Positions 12,017 to 23,500 of a stretch of DNA of 64,000 nt are shown here, one piece after another. The position numbers were made by a program, and so were the translations under genes. The stretch covers positions 2,100,506 through 2,164,505 of the forward strand of contig MU004235.1 of NCBI GenBank assembly GCA_010405405.1. The letters run 5' to 3'. Positions within the stretch are counted from its first letter, which is position 1. Every line of letters begins with the position of its first letter. The stretch comes from Microthyrium microscopicum. Lineage: Eukaryota. The notes under the pieces are model-generated. The model searched no databases. It worked only from the letters and a program-made list of their open reading frames with translations, and was not told the origin of the DNA.

Positions 12017-13626
12017 ATGCATTCGTTTTTAGGCATAATAGCCTCCTTGTCGTTCGTTTCAGCGGCTACAATAGGAGGAGCTCTGTCAAAAAGAGCTTCA
12101 ATTTGTGGGGGTGCTGGAGGCACTGGCTACGACAAAGCCACTCAGGCATATTTCTATCAGGAGGGGCTTTCAACAGTGAGCGCTTGCGGCGCCCATTGCT
12201 TCAATGACAAGACATGCCTTTCTTTCGCGGTTGGTGAAGGCACTTGTTTACACTACAGCGTAGCGGTGTAAGTTGCCCATCAGTTGTGTTCGTGCTACAT
12301 GTAGAAGGAACAAATTGAGAATTCTCTTTGAAATTTGTTCAATGGGAACGCTTCTAACACCTGGCAATGAGCACAAAAACTTCGGTGTACTTTTAGTGAG
12401 AAATACCTAATGAGCATCATAGAGCAGGCAACTTGAACACAAACAGTGGCAGCCCATACACATTCTACGACCGAGCATGCGTTACTGCGACAAGCTCGAC
12501 TCGCTCTTCGACGCAGACGAGCTCAGTTCATTCCTCGACCTCGTCAGCTAGAAAGCCCTCTTCGTCCTCATTAGGCTCTACTCGTTCTACCATATCGTCT
12601 GTTTCAGGGCGTTCTTCATCCCTATCGATTGTCACTCGCTCTTCAACATCTTCGAGCTCGATTCCCAGTTCATCCGCTTCTTGTGGACTAGTTGGCTACG
12701 ATTTGAACAAGCCAGAGTCCTTCATGGACTCCAGTAATGCAGCTTATCGCAGTCTGTCTGGATGCGCGACTTTCGCAAGGCTCAACAACGGGGCATCATT
12801 CGCCTATTCCAGCACAATATGCTACCTTTACTCCAAGCCGGTTGCCGGGAACTTCAAAGCGGATACAAGCTCCCCATACAGATTTTATGACCTTACGTGC
12901 GTGCCTGCCACGTCTTCTTCAGTCAGCAGTAGCGGAACATCGTCCTCTTTGGCCAGTAGCAGCCCCGTGACTTCCTCGGGTTCTATTAGTGCCTCGTCCT
13001 CAGATTTCTCTAGCACGATCTCTTCTACCAGCGGCAGCAGTGATATTTCATCATCCACAACGGCCAGCAGCAGCACTGATGTTTCATCATCAACGACGGC
13101 CAGCAGCTCCGACGTCACCTCATCGACAACAGCATCAAGCTCCAGTGAGACTTCCGTGACCAGCACCACTTCATCACCCGTCAGCAGCGACATATCATCC
13201 AGCATTAGCAGCACAGCCACTACAAGTTCCGACACATCCACCATAACATCCTCGAGCACAATCGACACCTCATCCAGCTCGAGTACAACGGCTACATCCA
13301 CTAGCCCTACTTCATCAGCCGCGCCATCGTGCCTGCCGGGAGCTTTCACCGAGAATGCACAAGGGTCTGGTTGTGAATATGAACCAGGCTTTGAGTATTT
13401 CGCTTTTAATGACTATGCGCTGAGCGATGAAGCATTACCAGACTGCGAAAATTTTTGCATTGCTACCACGGGCTGTGTCACATTTGCCCTGGTTCAGGAC
13501 TTGGCTGAACTTCAGGAAACTTGTTACCTATATGGATTCTCTTTCGATCCAGATAGCTACACCTGCGATGCCCCAGTAACCGAAACAACATTTGTCTACA
13601 CTAATGATTGTCCCACAACTAGCTAG
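12017..13626 (+). CDS. Secreted Ser/Thr-rich protein with three PAN/apple-like Cys domains
   Basis: Exons 12017-12267 and 12423-13626; intron GTAAGT..CTAAT..TAG. Signal peptide MHSFLGIIASLSFVSA and Kex2-like KR. Two homologous domains (CG..GYD..C..C..SFA..C..YS..VAGN..SPY.FYD..C) and a third divergent C-terminal one, separated by S/T linkers. Confidence 0.82.
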
Positions 13627-14388
13627 AGCTTGGTCATTGTAGTAAGAACAGTTTTGATGACATTGAAAGGGTAGATAATCGCATCTAGTGGCTTGTATGG
13701 CGAGTATGATGTTCCGAAGCCTCATAACACGTCTTGCTGCCGTCACTTGGGTGGATATCTGAAGTCTATGCAAAGAAGCGGCTGATCAGTTGTATAAGAT
13801 GATAATATAATTGTAATCGTTGTAATATTAGACACTTGAGCAAAGTCACCCCGTTGACAGAGATGGTATCAAAAGGCATCTTGATTGTGTCTCCTTTGCG
13901 AGCAAACAATTCCGGTTTGTTTGTTGAGGCCAAATAGGTTTAAAAAAAAACAGCACGCTTCTGTCCAAGTGCGATGGCTCCCATGTATCGCGTTTTTTCA
14001 CAAAGTATCTAATGACCAACCGAGCGCGCAGATAGTCGTTAGTATCACCGATTCACATGAGCAAATAAGTATATTCTCATTTGTCAAGTGTGATGGAGGC
14101 CATCGCCGCCCATGAAGAAGTTTGCAATTATATTTGTCACCACTTTGGAGAGCATATATTGATCGTTTGACATTTGGGTACCCGAGTGCTTGCTTACTAT
14201 AGTGTCTGGATCAATCAAGTTCGCATTATTACTTTGTTACGTGGCAACGCCTTCCACGACAGACGGTTCAGGTTAGAATTACTGTCAGGGAGTAGAGCCA
14301 ACAGGACCACACGACCTACCCGTTTCAAATTACTGGCAAGAACTACCACCAGTAAACAAAGACCCATCACCATACCCATCCCCTCGCT

Positions 14389-15075
14389 ATGTCCGATCGC
14401 GAACCGCCAAAAATACTTCATCCTCATCACCAACCGCGTCCCCAGAGCACACACAAAATGCGGTGCCCCGAACCAGCCTGGTTTCACCAGTTTCTCGCGC
14501 TCGGCGAGCCATGGCTCATCGACGTACCCATTAATACCATGCGCGCAACCACCCTCCTCCACCCGGACCAGACTTAACCATCCGGCCAAGCCCTTGCTGC
14601 CATAATCCGCAACTTGCACGGTGGTAGCGGTGTCATCATCGTCTCTCCCTACGCCGCAATCCTCGCACATTGTGCTCCACCAGCCAGCACCATGTTCGAC
14701 GATTTGAGCCTTAACCAGATGCGTACCCGCCAACTGATCAGCGAAGTCAAAGATGCGTATAGATTACTCGGTCAGCAAGGCTTCTTCCCGCCAGAGCAAA
14801 CAGAAGTGCGAGCGGTGCATGCGATCACGTCCGAGCAATATGGAGAGGTACCGCCTGAGCAGCGACTGGCGCACCCGGAGTTGAAAGAGTTGGTGCATGA
14901 TTTGATGGCTCCAAATGGGGATCCACGCTTTGTCGAGGGGATGTACAGCCCATTTCACTTGAACAGTTCTGGGAGATATAGTGAGCAGGGTACATTTGGG
15001 GTGAGAGCTATTGCAAGGGGAAAGACGAGGCCGGTGATGCCGGAAGTGCTCTGCGATGGTGTTGTTTGGAAATGA
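14389..15075 (+). pseudogene. Fungal hypothetical protein interrupted by one in-frame TAA (14575-14577)
   Basis: ORFs 14389-14577 and 14614-15075 share a frame and the intervening codons are open (QT*PSGQALAAIIRNLHGGSGVIIVSPYAAILAHC). The only candidate intron spanning the stop is 67 nt and would shift the frame. Confidence 0.65.
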
Positions 15076-15474
15076 AGGCTTTGAAGGAGATGACGGGAAG
15101 TGCGAATAAAGTACTTGGGTAGTGCTGTCATCGAACGCTTTTGCGTATCAGAAGCATACTTACTTTTTGAAGGATGTCTCTTGCAATGAAAAATAAGATT
15201 TTCACATTTTAGCTCAATGTGTTGTGTTGAAATGATTGAAAAGGGGTTGCAAAAAGGTAAATAAAAAGACGAAGTTGACCCAAGCAGGTGGGGCCGAGGC
15301 TTGATTGGGTCGCCTCATTTATTCTCCAGTCTTTTTGACATTTTATCTCAGTCTATCAACATCATCATACCTTTCTTGATGCTTCAATATTTTACTCAAA
15401 TTGGATGTTGAATAGATCCTCACATCTCTCATGTCTCATCGCTGACCCAAATCTGGTCCGCGCAAACATCTGCC

Positions 15475-15817
15475 ATGGCAAGACTTTCTGGCATACAGAA
15501 AGATGTGATTCATCTATATCGCGCATGTCTCCGAGAAGCAGGACGGAAGCCAATAGTAGGTGGTTTTGTTCTTAACAAGTCTTGTAGACTAATCAAGGTC
15601 GGCTGCAGGAAAATCGGAATAACTTTCGACAGTTCGCAAGGTATGTCATCTAATCTGTTCCTCAGGCAAGTCGAGCTGACACCACTCTAGAGATGAGTTT
15701 CGCAGATATATTGAGGTAGACAGGAAGGACTTTGCGACTATTGAGTATCTGCTGCGAAAAGGAAAACGACAACTCGAAACATACCAAAGCGATGGCATCC
15801 GGAATGTGCATCAATGA
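15475..15817 (+). CDS. SDH6: LYR-motif succinate dehydrogenase assembly factor 1
   Basis: Exons 15475-15555, 15609-15640 and 15691-15817 give MARLSGIQKDVIHLYRACLREAGRKPIENRNNFRQFARDEFRRYIEVDRKDFATIEYLLRKGKRQLETYQSDGIRNVHQ. LSG.QK.V..LYR and F.TIEYLLRKG.RQL are SDHAF1 hallmarks. Confidence 0.9.
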
Positions 15818-16059
15818 TCAAGAACAACTGGTCGACGGACCGACTGCTTCCTACCTCCTAAATGCATCGATTATCCATCGAATACCCTAGAGATTGAAGC
15901 ACCTTCTAGATATGGAGTGCGATGGGCCACACCGTGGTTGATGGGAACGCGCCATTTATTTTGTCGACCCATTGTCTACCTTATTTTGATGATCGTTGAT
16001 TCTCATGTAGTCCTGATTTGGCTTAACTCAACGCTAGCCACTTTAGGTTAGAGCCTACC

Positions 16060-16074
16060 AGAACATTCGAGAAG
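16060..16074 (+). promoter_or_regulatory. Heat shock element (three inverted nGAAn units) upstream of the small HSP; TATAAAA at 16265-16271
   Basis: aGAAc-aTTCg-aGAAg, with a further in-phase GAA at 16081, about 340 bp upstream of the HSP20 ATG. Confidence 0.75.
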
Positions 16075-16406
16075 AGACGAGAAGACTCTGGATTTTACTG
16101 GTCGATAATTAGCAAGCAACAAGGCTCCATTTCAGCCTTTTTACATATCAAGATCAAACATTGGCCACCAAATAGCACCATATAGCTCCTTCCAGCAACG
16201 TCTCGCGTAAGCTGTTTGCCTAATCACTGCTTCCACTCCATTCTGGAATCCTAGTACCATCATGTATAAAACCATATCTTCACTCTCTCCAAGAACATTT
16301 CCCTTCCTCATTACAACATACTCATACCACTCCAGACTCAAGTCCACTCTTCACCATACCACGCCTCATTTCAAACCACAAAATATCTCCACCAAATACC
16401 ATTAAC

Positions 16407-17012
16407 ATGTCTATCTTCTTCCCACGCTTCCAGCAAGAACTCTCCCCAATCTTCCGTCTAGCCGACGAGATTGACCGTTGCTCTCGCCAGCAATCACCCG
16501 CACCAAGCCGTCGTGCCGCCGTCCCACGCTTCGACGTCAAAGAGACCCAAGAAGCTTACGAGCTTACCGGCGAACTTCCCGGCATTGAGCAAGAAGCCGT
16601 CTCCATCGAATGGTCCGACTTTACCACACTCAGCATCAAAGGCCATACCGCCGAGTCCTCCAGCACTACCAACTCCGCCACTGAGACTGAGGCAGAAGTA
16701 TCCGACAACGCATCCACCACATCGGAAGATAGCACGAGCTACCACGCACCTACTGTTGAAGACGAAGGCGCAGACGAGAAGACTACCACTGCTGTAGCCG
16801 AGCCAGCCACACCAGCCGAGACTGTTAAGGCAGAAGCACCAAAGCCAAAGGTCTGGATCAACGAGCGCTATTATGGTAGCTTCCACCGCACATTCAAGTT
16901 CCCTCAACGTGTCGAGCAAGACGAGGTCAAGGCGAGTTTGAAGAACGGTGTTTTGAGCATTGTTGTGCCCAAGAGCAAGGCTCGGGAGCCTCGCAAGATC
17001 AGCATTGCATGA
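16407..17012 (+). CDS. Small heat shock protein (HSP20/alpha-crystallin, fungal Hsp30 type)
   Basis: PRFDVKET..YELTGELPG, ER.YGSFHRTFKFP and VKASLKNGVLSIVVPK; acidic insert typical of fungal Hsp30. Confidence 0.95.
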   Translation: MSIFFPRFQQELSPIFRLADEIDRCSRQQSPAPSRRAAVPRFDVKETQEAYELTGELPGIEQEAVSIEWSDFTTLSIKGHTAESSSTTNSATETEAEVSDNASTTSEDSTSYHAPTVEDEGADEKTTTAVAEPATPAETVKAEAPKPKVWINERYYGSFHRTFKFPQRVEQDEVKASLKNGVLSIVVPKSKAREPRKISIA

Positions 17013-17509
17013 TCAACTAGCAGCACAATGAGCTTTGAACTACATTGCATTGCATGAGCATGGCTAGGAGTTTGGGGCAGCTTTGTTTGGTTACTGGACA
17101 GTCTTTAGAAATACCTAATGAATAGAAACTTGCAACATATATCTTTCTCACATAAACATCTGTGATAATTGCTTTGTGACATTGTAAAGCCTACTTGCAG
17201 CCTTCATAGTTTAAACTGATGTGATGGCTTACACTGGGCATAGCCTATATAGTGGCGTTTGTCGCCAGCCAAAAGTGTGTTGAGCATTCGCACTATGGCA
17301 GCCTTTCTAAACTATATTTCTGTTCCCATACCCCTCGTGTCTGATGAAAATGCCCTTTGCGATCAGATGCTGCATAATTCCATGATTTCCGGGAAGCCCA
17401 TGAACCTCAGCGCAATGTCATCCTGCCGCTCAGTGCCTAAACAAAGCCTTGCAATACGATGAGCACCAACATACCCATGCTTCAATGAGTAGCGCAATTG
17501 ATCAATTCC

Positions 17510-18504
17510 TCAAACCCCATTACTCTCGCCTCCCCGAGCAATCTTGAACAACTCCATTTCCTTGGTGAACTCTCGACTCACTTTATCCAACGTCGTAATG
17601 ATATCAGAACAACACCGAACCACGGCATCCTTTGGTGAGATCCCACCGTCCGTACCGACGCGCAGGATGAAGAGCGGCTTGAGCGGATGTTCGACTTTGT
17701 AGGCGGCGAAAGTGACGTCCTTGTATTTGTGCAGATGTGCAGTCAGGAGGTTGCCAAGCGTGTGGTCCTCTCTATTGAAAGTGAAGACTGCTGTATTGGG
17801 AACACCTGTAGGTGATTAGAAGAGAAATTTACAAGGAGATGTGTATGTGTGTGGAGGGAGTAGGGAGAGGTGAGAGAGTGATAAGGGAGGCTTACGGGTA
17901 TCCATTTTCACTTCGACCTTGTCTTGGCCCTCATCAAGGAGGAAGAGTTCGTGTCTATCTTGCTGGTTAGATTCTGCGAAATCAGAGTGCTTTTCATGTT
18001 GCGCAAGTTTGTTAGTCTCCATCCATGTGGACGAGTGCCAGCGGCGTTGAGGAATTGGGCGAGGCATGGTGGTTGATTTGGTGCGCGAGTGAGCGAGTGA
18101 CTGGGGGATCTCAAGATATGAAAGGTCGGAGTACTAGATCGGGGACTTGGAGTTTGTGCGTTGCTTTTGAAAGAATTGCGCATGTGGGGTGGAAATCTGC
18201 CGACGCACTCTATCTAGAAGAGTAAGATGTAATGAGGTGCTGCGGTAGTTTTGGGTCGCTCCTTCCTTCTGAGTATGGCCCCACTCATTTGATGTTGAAA
18301 TAATGGCAGGTGCGGCCAGTCCCAACTCCAGAATTTCGATGGTTCGTTCCAAGCTCTTTCTTTGTTTCAGAATGCAGTAGAGTACTTTGCGGTATCCAGC
18401 CAGCAACAACGCCATCATGGTGCCAGTATTCAAATGGGAATCGAGTATCGCGGTGACAACAAAGAAACGACATATTGGACTTACCGAGGTGGAGCGTTAG
18501 ACAT
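17510..18504 (-). CDS. RPB11: RNA polymerase II subunit RPB11
   Basis: Exons 18504-18485, 17954-17896 and 17805-17510 (375 nt) give [57 protein letters not shown]. Introns GTAAGT..CTAAC..TAG (530 nt) and GTAAGC..CTAAT..CAG (90 nt). Not in the supplied ORF track as a whole. Confidence 0.92.
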
Positions 18505-20582
18505 GTTTAACCCCTATGAGTTGATACGAAATATGAGATGAACTGGATATCCAAACGGCGATTCGACGCCCAGGTTGATTGATGTTTTGCGCGGTAAATC
18601 TAGATGCAAGATATCAGGCGAAGGAGATGTAGTTGAGCAACGAGTAGCGTCTGGTGGGGAGGCGAAAAGCAGCGAATATGCCCAAAGGCCAGAAAGAGAG
18701 CAGCGGTAAAAGAGGATGATGAGGTAAGGATCGGGTGAAGATATAAATGTAAGATGAATATTGCCAGTGAATGTAATAGTGAAGGAGAACTCTCGCGTGG
18801 CTTGGTAGTCACTGCTGACCTCAGGATTCGGAATGCGCGTTTAACGCGGCTGCGCCACGCGAACATGACTTCCACTTCTCATTGGTCAGTTGATGTTGAA
18901 TTTCTATCAGTTACAGTAACGTTGTCTCTGACTCTATTTACGGAATACCATAGATTGAACTCACAGTTTGATATTTGAGTCTTATTTTCAATTGGTGAAG
19001 TAGTTTGAGAATGGTTTCTCTTAGATAGCGAGCCCAGTTTTTGGTAGTCAATACCTAATGCTATCATCGCCAAGACAGAATATACAGTAGCTTCTAGATT
19101 CTAACTCTCGCGCGGATGTTTTCCTCGTTGCACGCAACTTGTCTCAGAATTCCTCATTTCATGCAGTATATGGTGGGTGAATCTTATGTCAAGCTACTCC
19201 TTTCCCTCTGCCACACAGCGCATGCTATGCGACGATGACGACCACTTATCGTTAACCTTACGCGTAACGAAGACAACTTTGCATGAATCAAATTGAACGC
19301 CATTGTGACATTTGATATTTTCTGGGAGAATGGCAGCCTCTGACATCGTCCATATCCCGGAGCCCCAGTTTTCTCGATGAATCGGCATAAAGTTTGGCGT
19401 CAATGTCAGGCCACAACATGGGATCATGTATCTCCCAATGGGCCATCACCACCTGGTACAAGCTGGTATTATGTTAACAGATGTTGGAAACAGAAGTGGG
19501 AATTAATTACCATGCAAATATTGTTTCCGTTCAATAAGATCTTTGGTAGTTTTGTTTGACCTCCTGTAAAGTCGCTGATAGAAAGGTTAGGAGATTTTAG
19601 AAAGAGCAGTATCAAGATCTGTCGCTCACAATTCTGTCACATCCTCAAGGACCATGTCTGTGAAATGATTAATTAGCTTTGCTTGAGTGCTGCCTCGCTG
19701 CCTTGGGAAAAACTTACTGACGTAGTCGTCAAAGCCGAGAAGCGTGCCGGTAAACTCTACCAATAGTGTCAGACAGCATCATGAGTTTGGTATATGGGTA
19801 AGTATACCTTTTTCACCTTTCATTATAACCCATATTCTCGATCCAACGCATTTGTCGATGAGTTCTGCATTCGTCAGTAGGGATTACAAGCTTCGGACAG
19901 GTACCAACCAAGAGGAAGAAGCTGAGAAGCCATGATATCCAGTAGCTTCAGTATACCGGTGGCTGTAGCCTGGAAGATGGTGTTCTAGACTTTGCAAGAA
20001 GTTGGTTATTGGCGATCCGAGATTTGTTGTGGTCGCATTTGTTGCAAAAGCGACGTTGGAGCCTGAGTAGGCGCGCGCTTAAAGGAGGCAAATGCGAGGA
20101 TCTGCGTGCACCTAGCCCCTTCCAAGGTTAGCGCCAACATTGAACTTTTGGTCCTCCAAACCTCCACTTCAATGTTCACCATTTCCCTTCTGCGATTGAT
20201 CATACACGCCAAATATCCGGACACGGTTCCATTCTTTCCTTTTAGTTGCTGTTGCCTGCGCTTATCTAGGACAATCCCCTTCCTTCATTCGAAACTATTA
20301 TAGGGACATGGATTGCCATGCATCCTCATCGGCGCGTTTTGACTTCAGGATCACTTCCTCGAGTTCTGAAATATCAGGGGAGCCAGGCATTTCATGACGC
20401 TGCTAACATGGACAGATCTTAGTACGTAGTGGTTCTTTCCATTCAGTTACACGCTGACCATTCATAGCAGTTCCAAGTGCTGGGACTGTAGCATACCAAT
20501 TGTATTCTCCGCGCCTCCAGACTCATCGACTCCCGCGACTTCTCTAGTCGACCACCCACAACCCAAAACATGGTCGCCCTCC

Positions 20583-23500
20583 ATGCCAATTATCTTTGCA
20601 GATGCTATTAGCGCCCCTGCATCTTCTTTCTCCACTGATCGCTGGGATCCATGTCCACCATTAGAAAGTCATTTCGGTCTCCGGACCAAACGTCCTATAG
20701 CGCACTCTCCGCCTGCCCCATTATCCCCGCAAATGCAAAAACGATTCATCGGTATAACACCATCCCCGGACGAAGCGACGTCGCGACTGTTATACGAGAG
20801 GCGACTTGCGGGAAATCAAAGAAAGGCTGAAGAAAGCTTTCGGAAAGAAGAAGCAAAAGAAAGGGAGAGACTACGGCGCATAAGAACGGCTGAGAGAGTT
20901 AGAATTATGGAAATGGAGAAACACAAGGTGAAGTCAAGCTTCAAGCACCAAGAGGATGAGAAAAAGTTCGAGTTGGATATGGATAGACTTGTGACTGCCG
21001 AGACGCACGAAGAAAGGAGGAAAGAGGTATTGGAAGATCAGAGGAGACAGCGTCATGAAGCACGAATCCGGATGAATGAGCTTCTGCAAGATCGGAAGAG
21101 AGAGCTTCATGCAGCACGAAACCGAATGAACGAGCTCTCCAACCATTACGCTCCCTTGTTCTTGGAAGTGGTCAACAAATATCAATACCCGAAGCTTATA
21201 CTCTTGTTCAAAAAGCTCAGTAGCAAGTTTCGACAAATTGATCTTGTCATCAAGTTACGACGACTTGGGAAGCGAACCATGAAATCTAAATCGAACCTCA
21301 AAGCCGCTGACTTGGAATTGAACGATATCAAATTTAAAAAGAAGCATCGTCCGATCTATGTCGCCACTTTGCAAACCGAAAACCTGGAAACACAAATTCG
21401 GGCTATATTTTCTTCCATTGAAAAACAGTCTACTGAGCGCAGAATTTTTCTCTCGGCTATGCGTCATGCATACCTCACATGGGTAGACGATGCAGAAATC
21501 CTGGAGCGTGCCATTGAGGATATCAGAAACGACTTGGAAGGGATAAAACTGGATCTAATTCAAGCCCGTGACCAGGGATATTTCGACTTCAAAATCCTTC
21601 TAAGAACAATTTTCGGTAGTTACATGCGGATGGAGAAGCAAATTCAGGACTCATTGCAATCTGTCATAGAAGAATTGGAGAGGAGGAATGACCCTCATTC
21701 TCCGGAGTTAATGCACGTCTCCAAATTACAGGAAGAATACATGATGAAGAATTACTTACAATCTGTGAGCGAGCAACTACACGCAATTCGGAAAGCTTAC
21801 CGACTACGCGTTACGGCCGATTATACGAATCCATCTGGACGACTTCTACCATTGAAAACATTCGTATCCAACATTGGGGCTTTGTTCCCTGATCGCTATC
21901 ACGAATACTGGGCACAGTGGACACCATCAACTCTTGATCCTTCCGTCTGGGCTAAAGCATTTGCTGTCGTGATGCAAACGGAATACATAATGGTAGTCGT
22001 TGAAGCCATGTATCATCTCTTCTGCCCACAGAGAAATGCTTTTCAAAACTCTAAAGCGCTTTCCCATGGTAAAGTAAGGCTAAATCGTGCCTTGCTCGAG
22101 TTCAAACTTGCTGATTGTTCCTCCAAATACTGGGCCACGCTTGACAATTGGGAAATGAAATACAACGAGGGTTTTGCGAGGTTATTTGACGATATTCGGT
22201 CCTTTGATCGCTGCTTACCTAGCAAAGTCCCTGACTATGCTACACGAAGGACAATCTTCCTTCTAAAGTGCCATTCTTCTATCCTTTACACGTCAGCTAC
22301 AGCAGCGAAGAAGAACTTGAGAATCGATACCAATTTAGTCGGAAGTGTACTTAATCGGGCTTTGCTTTTATCGACCGAAGACTACTTTGGCTTTCTCCGA
22401 GCCGTGCAAGAGGAAAGGAAAGAGTTGGAGCGATTCGCAACCCATGGACAAGATTATTCTAAACTGGACTTTCATAGAGAGACTCAGTATGCTCTTCTTG
22501 ACGCAGAACGCGTAGAAGCCTACTTTTCAACGCCGGGGAGTTTTGAAGACCATTGGACGACCCTTGAATCGCGAGGAGATGAGCCCAAACAACCATATCT
22601 CTCTATCATGAGACGTTTGCATCCAGAAATCTCCAAAAGCCTCAGAAGAAGACGCCAAACTGTCTTTACACCTACACGTAGCATAAAGGTGTCTTTATCC
22701 CCCGAAAGCGATGAATGGGATTATTCATGCTCTACCCTATCATTCAGAGGAACATATTCAAGTAGAACGCCTGGTGCCTCTGAACTCATCACAAAACTTT
22801 CTTTAGTACAGCCCTCTGAGCTTGTGAGGCCAACACGCAGCTCTTCCGCTCGTTTCGAATCTCTCAGAACAGCAATCAAAATTGCTTCAAGAAACTTAAC
22901 GCCGGGCAGACCCTTGAACCCCGTTGTACAAAGTTTAGATCTACCAGAAAGTGGAGCTTCCCAAGGCAGACGCAAAATCGGCCGTGCCACTGTCCAGTCA
23001 ACTCGCAATTCTCATGCAAAGATCAAAGATACTACACGTGGCGAGCAGCCTGTCAGTATAGAAACATCTTCACTTAACAATCTGACACAACTTGTCTCTC
23101 GAATGAAAAAGCAATTTAGTTATGGCGCGGGAATCACTCGTGGGGAAGGCTCTCATGCAAAAGATACTGGACGCACCAATCAGCCCGCCCGCTCAGGACC
23201 ATGGACAATTAGCAAGACGCCGCAATATGCGTCCCCAATCACTAAAGTACAAAAAATCAGTATCCGCCGCAAAGTTACCAATGGGGGAAATTTCCCTGTG
23301 CATGCTATATCAACAACCAAAGGACGTAGCAATCAGCACGTAAATCCAACTTCCAAGGCAAAGCTGAACATTATTCGACACTCTAAAAGATCATTTTCCA
23401 CAATGGTCTCAGAACAGCAGAGACTTGGGGATTCCAGAGGTCCGATTACCAATCAAGTCCTGGGTTTTGCATCCCACAAAAAAGTCTCGCGTATCAGAAC

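Noticed and set aside
12885..13349. 154-aa minus-strand Val/Asp/Glu-rich ORF
   Set aside because: Antisense shadow of the Ser/Thr-rich coding region.
17816..18067. ORF-track 83-aa ORF as the sole RPB11 start
   Set aside because: A canonical MSNAPPR exon with perfect splice signals exists at 18504-18485; the 18067 start is kept only as a possible alternative isoform.
18600..20300. Short ORFs and an isolated GTAAGT donor (~19798) between RPB11 and the exonuclease
   Set aside because: No coherent gene model; treated as divergent promoter/UTR sequence.
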